NCBI GenBank assembly: GCA_003344405.1
Contig: NOWV01000003.1
Span: 1,426,001-1,490,000 of the forward strand
Direction of reading: 5' to 3'
From: Trichoplax sp. H2
Lineage: Eukaryota
DNA: 64,000 nt
A program made the position numbers and the translations under genes. This document shows positions 57,346 to 64,000 of the stretch, piece after piece. Position 1 is the stretch's first letter. The number at the start of each line of letters is the position of its first letter. The notes under the pieces were generated by a model. It was not told the DNA's origin. It did not search any database and was given only the letters and a program-made list of their open reading frames with translations.

Positions 57346-60336
57346 ATGATAAAAATGAGTAAGCAAGATTCTCATCGTCTAGATAGTGATACTTTAAGTT
57401 ACTTTAAAAGAGTAAAAGAAGTTATCCAAGATGACTCCTTTGAAAATGATGAAGATAAATCTATGTTTGTCCAAAATGTTTTCGAGCAAGTGCTGGACAA
57501 GACAATCGAGCTGTGCAAGCATCAAAATACATCCTTAATTTTAGAGCAATTAATACCTATGATGAATCATAATCAAATTTGCGCATTTGATGCTAAATTG
57601 AAGGAATCTTTTAAATCGTTAGCAACAGATCGTGCAGGTAGTCATGTAATCCAAGCAGTTATCGCCAAGATAACAAAATTATTACAAGAGAACAATTTAA
57701 AAGAGAAAATTCTGACTATGTATATGGAATTGATTTGTCAAACTTGCCAAATAGTTCAGCAAGAAATAACTACTTTGATATTTGATACTTATGCTTCTCA
57801 TATCTTAAGACAAATCTTGGTACTTATAAGTGGCTTACGTACTACTGATAATAACTTGGATAAACCATCACAACCTGTAAAATTAAGACATAAAGAGGCC
57901 AATTCAATTGATTATTACTTACAGAAAGAATTGAACATTGCTATTAGAAAACCATTGAACAATAGATTGATGGAATTAACAACAGAAATTACTTCAAAAT
58001 GCAACTTTAACCACATCATAACAAACACTATGAGTTGTTCAGTACTAGAGGTCCTCCTCACAGCTCTCGCTAAAGGCAATACACCATCATGTAGGGATTT
58101 AATTCTAAAAATTATAGGTGAAATTGATTCTTTTAACCTTCGACATCATGATAGCAGGTGATTATTCTTACTCTTTAAATTGTACTTTAAACGGCTTACT
58201 GAATCTTTCTGATCTATCAATTAAGCCGCTGGCATAATACGTACTCTCATATGCTAGCGAAACCATCATGTGCATCTCCTTTCCATATGCGTATATTACA
58301 CTGTTGATGGGCACGTACAATCTATAAAAGTTCTAACCGTTACCTGAATTTTTTATTTCAGCTCTAGTATTTTACCTTGCTTCAGCCATCCTGTTGTTAG
58401 TCACCTTTTCGACAAGATCCTGCAAGTTGCATCTGCTAACACTCTGGATCACGTCTATTCCAAATATCTTAAGAATTCTCTATTGACGATGTCCCTTCAT
58501 CCAATTGCTAATCACTCCGTACAAAATTTTATATCTCATAGCCAATTCGAAACTCAAGTATGGCTAATTACCGATAAAATGAAATTATGAAGCGTTATAC
58601 TGATACAATAATTTAGTAATTATTGCATTAATTACGACGTACTTTTGCCTTATATACTATTTATGATGGCAGTTATAATTAAAATTACATCCTTGATACA
58701 GATATCGTAGTGTCCTCCTATTAATACATAGTATCAGATGCTGATCTTACCGCAGATTTTGTTATTTAATTTTTAGATAGAAAGTGCCATGAGCGAGCTC
58801 TCAGATTATTTCGAAGATATCTTTGCTGTTGGCCACTGTGGTATTATTGTTAGTATGCTCCAGACTGGTGTTCGGTATCCTAAGTATCAAAAGAAATTAT
58901 GGAAGTCGCTTGTTACGGCATTTCATGTAACAGAAGATCAAGACTACTACAACAAATGTGTCCTATTGATTATCACATTAAGCACATACGAAGTATATTT
59001 TAACGTTGAAAATGTAGGTATCATACCAAATAAGAAATAATCATAGTGTAACTGGTGATTACGCAAGATGAGTTAAACGATATTTTAATGTAGTAATATA
59101 ATATATAAACAATAGTTAGTATATTCCTTATACTGCTTTCAGTAGTGTTCGTAATTGCCACAAAATTGACAAATTAATACGTATATATCTCGTTTCCGTT
59201 ATTTTATTTCAATAAACATATTTTATTTACTCCTTTTCTAGACCGATGGTGTTACAGAAAATAAGACTCTAACGGAAATTAATCATTTTGGAGCTTTGAT
59301 TCTACAATCGTTATTTAAGTTTAACAGCAATTCCGACCTATTAAAGAGTTGGTTTCTATTAAAACGTGAGGAATTACTTTTCATTGCATGCGATATAACT
59401 GGCAATCATATTATTGAAGCTTTTTTTGAAAGTTCAACCATTTCTTATAAGAAAAAAAAGAAATTGATCGATCTTTACAAGGTAACTTACCAAATATGAA
59501 GATGAAGATACGATCAATAGATGTCATTAACTGAAAAACTACGATTATTTCTATTTGATGAATTCGCTATAGGGATCTTATTGCCATTTAGCTTGCAATA
59601 AGTATGGAAGTCGGTCACTGGAATGCTGCTGGCGTGCTGCAGAAATGACTTTGAAGGAAGAAATTGCAAAAGAATTAGTTGAACAAGGATCTAATTTGCG
59701 ATCTAATTTTTACGGAAAGATTATATTTCATAAATGTAATTTGCAATATTTTAAAAAAAAAATCGAAATGTGGTCATCAAAGGAACAAGCTAAAGATAGA
59801 AAGCGACAAACTCTCTCCAGTATATTAGATGCAGTTAACGATAATACTAAACAAGCTAAGAGAGCTTTAGCCAAAAGCTCTAACTTATCTGACTCTAAGA
59901 AGGGATCAAATTATTTTGGTAAGGAACTATCATTATTAGGATTTAAGCCACAAAATTTGGAAGAAGCTGATAATGCAGAAAAGGTATGTCAACCCTAAAG
60001 TATACGTATTGAACGACTAGCATCAATCTAAATATCTACTTTTTAAGTACACCATGTTTGTTTGTATTACACGCGTAATGGTATGTATTCCTTTTCCAGA
60101 ATACCGCTACAAGTTCCAAAACTACCACTGATTGTATAGATGAAGTATTTGGCAAAGCAAATATGGACAATAAGGGTAACATACAATCGAAGAAATTAAA
60201 AACGCAGGTGTCAGAAAAACAACAAGGTGATAACTCGGAAGTAAAGAAAGACATGCAACCTATCTTAGAAGCGATTACTTCTATCAAAAAAAGAAAAAAA
60301 TCAAAAAAGACTACGAAACGAAAGTTTATGTCTTAA
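57346..60336 (+). CDS. NOP9: Nucleolar protein 9 (Pumilio-repeat 40S biogenesis factor), multi-exon
   Basis: RLDSDTLSYFKRV, LATDRAGSHVIQ, FDTYASHILR, HPIANHSVQ, GNHIIEAF, LACNKYGSRSLE PUF-like repeats; basic tail KKRKKSKKTTKRKFMS* (TAA 60334-60336). Start may be 57346, 57355 or an upstream exon. Confidence 0.87.
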
Positions 60337-61181
60337 ATTAAATACCGCAGGAAGTTATTTTAATGATATAACATTTTTAACATGCAATTCAGAAAACTAA
60401 TGACCTTTCCGATAGAGCGGAGTCCAGATAATGTCTATTCTCAGTCACAATTTATGGATGATAGCAAAACGTCATTTTTTGATCAGCTTTATTTATATAC
60501 GTGTAAGCAGCATTTGATTGATTGTCATTTGAAGGATGAAATAGAATTGAAGTATGAAATTTGATATACGAGTAAATGTTAACTTTTGCTAGCGCGGTCA
60601 CAATGTAATGACTGTTGTCTGTAGTAGTAAAACAAATAAAAATGTTGAACACTCGTAGCGTAATACTATCGCTGTAGATTAGAATCGTATAATAACTCAT
60701 TTTGCATCTAGATGAGAATTGTAAGCAACTTATGATCTATGATACGCAGTATTTGATGAAAGTTTCAGAAAAGAATCCAAAATTATGCGATTCTGCTAAC
60801 ACTGTATTGCATTAGCAGCTAAGTTATTCATTCATTTTTTTCCTTTCTTTCTGCACTAGCAGAAACGTTAATTGGATATTAATCTGATTTTGGAAATCTT
60901 TATAATAATGAATTATAACTATACTAGGCTCTCTGTTTACAGAAGATAGTATATCATGCGGAAGATTTTTTCAAAAAATGGCGTATGATATCCATACTAT
61001 CTTTAATTTCAAAGTTTTCGAGAGTCTGGAACCCAAGCTAAAAATAGTCTGCAGTGGAGACGACTTCTCTTCCCTTTGCAGTTTGTCTATATAGTATGTA
61101 CATACTACACTAATAGCAGTGTCTGTACCATAAATCTGTATAGAACATGGAGGTCTTTTTTGACCTAGTATGAGATTTTGT

Positions 61182-61420
61182 GTACTTTACAGTGTACAGT
61201 GTACCGTACTGTACTTTACAGTCCACCGTACTGTATTTTACAGTCCACTGTACTGTACGTACTGTACCGGATCATGCTCAGGACAAAGGCTTATTTCGTT
61301 AAGCGAAAAGGAGCTTCAACTTCAAATTGCATAGTGTGGTATAGTGCTATAGCTAGTGTACGGTACAGTGCGACTCCTTTCGTCGTTCACCTTTCGGGCT
61401 GGACTGTACTCAGTGTACTG
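61182..61420. repeat. Degenerate CAGTA/TACTG array upstream of PSMA7
   Basis: tacagtgtacagtgtaccgtactgtactttacagtcc...actgtactgtacgtactgtacc, 100-340 bp upstream of the ATG. Confidence 0.75.
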
Positions 61421-61498
61421 TAAGTCCTGTAACGCATGACTCATGATGACACAGAGTAAGAGTATTTCAGTGGTGCGAGTGGCTGAAACGGAACTTGA

Positions 61499-63566
<2,068 letters not shown>

Positions 63567-64000
63567 GGTGTATAAGTTGGCTTTAAAATTATTTTAGTTG
63601 CCAATTGTGAATATTACACCTTTGTAAGAATTATGCTACGAAAACTTAGCTAAATTGTATCGATTTCCGTTTCGGTATTATCTATATACTCCTTAGTACA
63701 GCGTTCACCGTTGTTGTTAAATTCTTTCGTATTGTTCTTAACTTTCATATTGTTAGTCATTGTCACTTTTTGATCATCATATCTATTCAAAATTTGTTAC
63801 TTTCCTCTAAAGTATCTTGCTTGTAAGCAAAACTCATAAATAAACACAATAAGTGTCCAATTGATAATCGAAAATCGTCGCTTAATTCTGATTGATTTAA
63901 TACTTTTTGTTGTGCAACCTTTAACGGACGAAAACTTATCACGCTTACAAAACACTAATTTAAAACAGCTAGTCCATTATTTTGGATATAACATCACATC

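Noticed and set aside
58663..58744. Possible C/D-box snoRNA in a NOP9 intron (ATGATG...CTGA)
   Set aside because: C box imperfect, no terminal stem and no recognisable rRNA antisense element; would need snoscan or Infernal.

Overview
AT-rich, gene-dense eukaryotic DNA with short (mostly 60-300 nt) spliceosomal introns. The compact architecture and protein sequences suggest an early-branching animal, most plausibly a placozoan (Trichoplax-like); this is an inference. Twelve protein-coding genes could be reconstructed by hand: AREL1(+), SPRTN(-), HAO1-like(+), TMEM62(+), a two-HMG-box TFAM-like gene(-) that is almost invisible in the ORF track, an RBL1/RBL2-type pocket protein(+), intronless POMGNT2(-), AFG3L2(+), PRMT5(-), MRPL16(+), NOP9(+) and PSMA7(+). 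Four pairs are head-to-head. Non-coding features: CAGTA/TACTG pentamer arrays concentrated near gene 5' ends, several local tandem duplications, three clear inverted repeats, two decayed GPCR-like relics, and a near-identical duplication around a 20-N gap that is probably two alleles assembled in tandem. Best leads: a p21-like PIP-degron in SPRTN, a duplicated 'poison' splice acceptor in the Rb-like gene, the promoter-associated CAGTA arrays, a perfect 37-bp hairpin beside the putative TFAM start, and two GC-AG introns. No tRNA, rRNA, CRISPR array or intact transposon was seen, and no wholly new multi-gene system is supported by the sequence alone.
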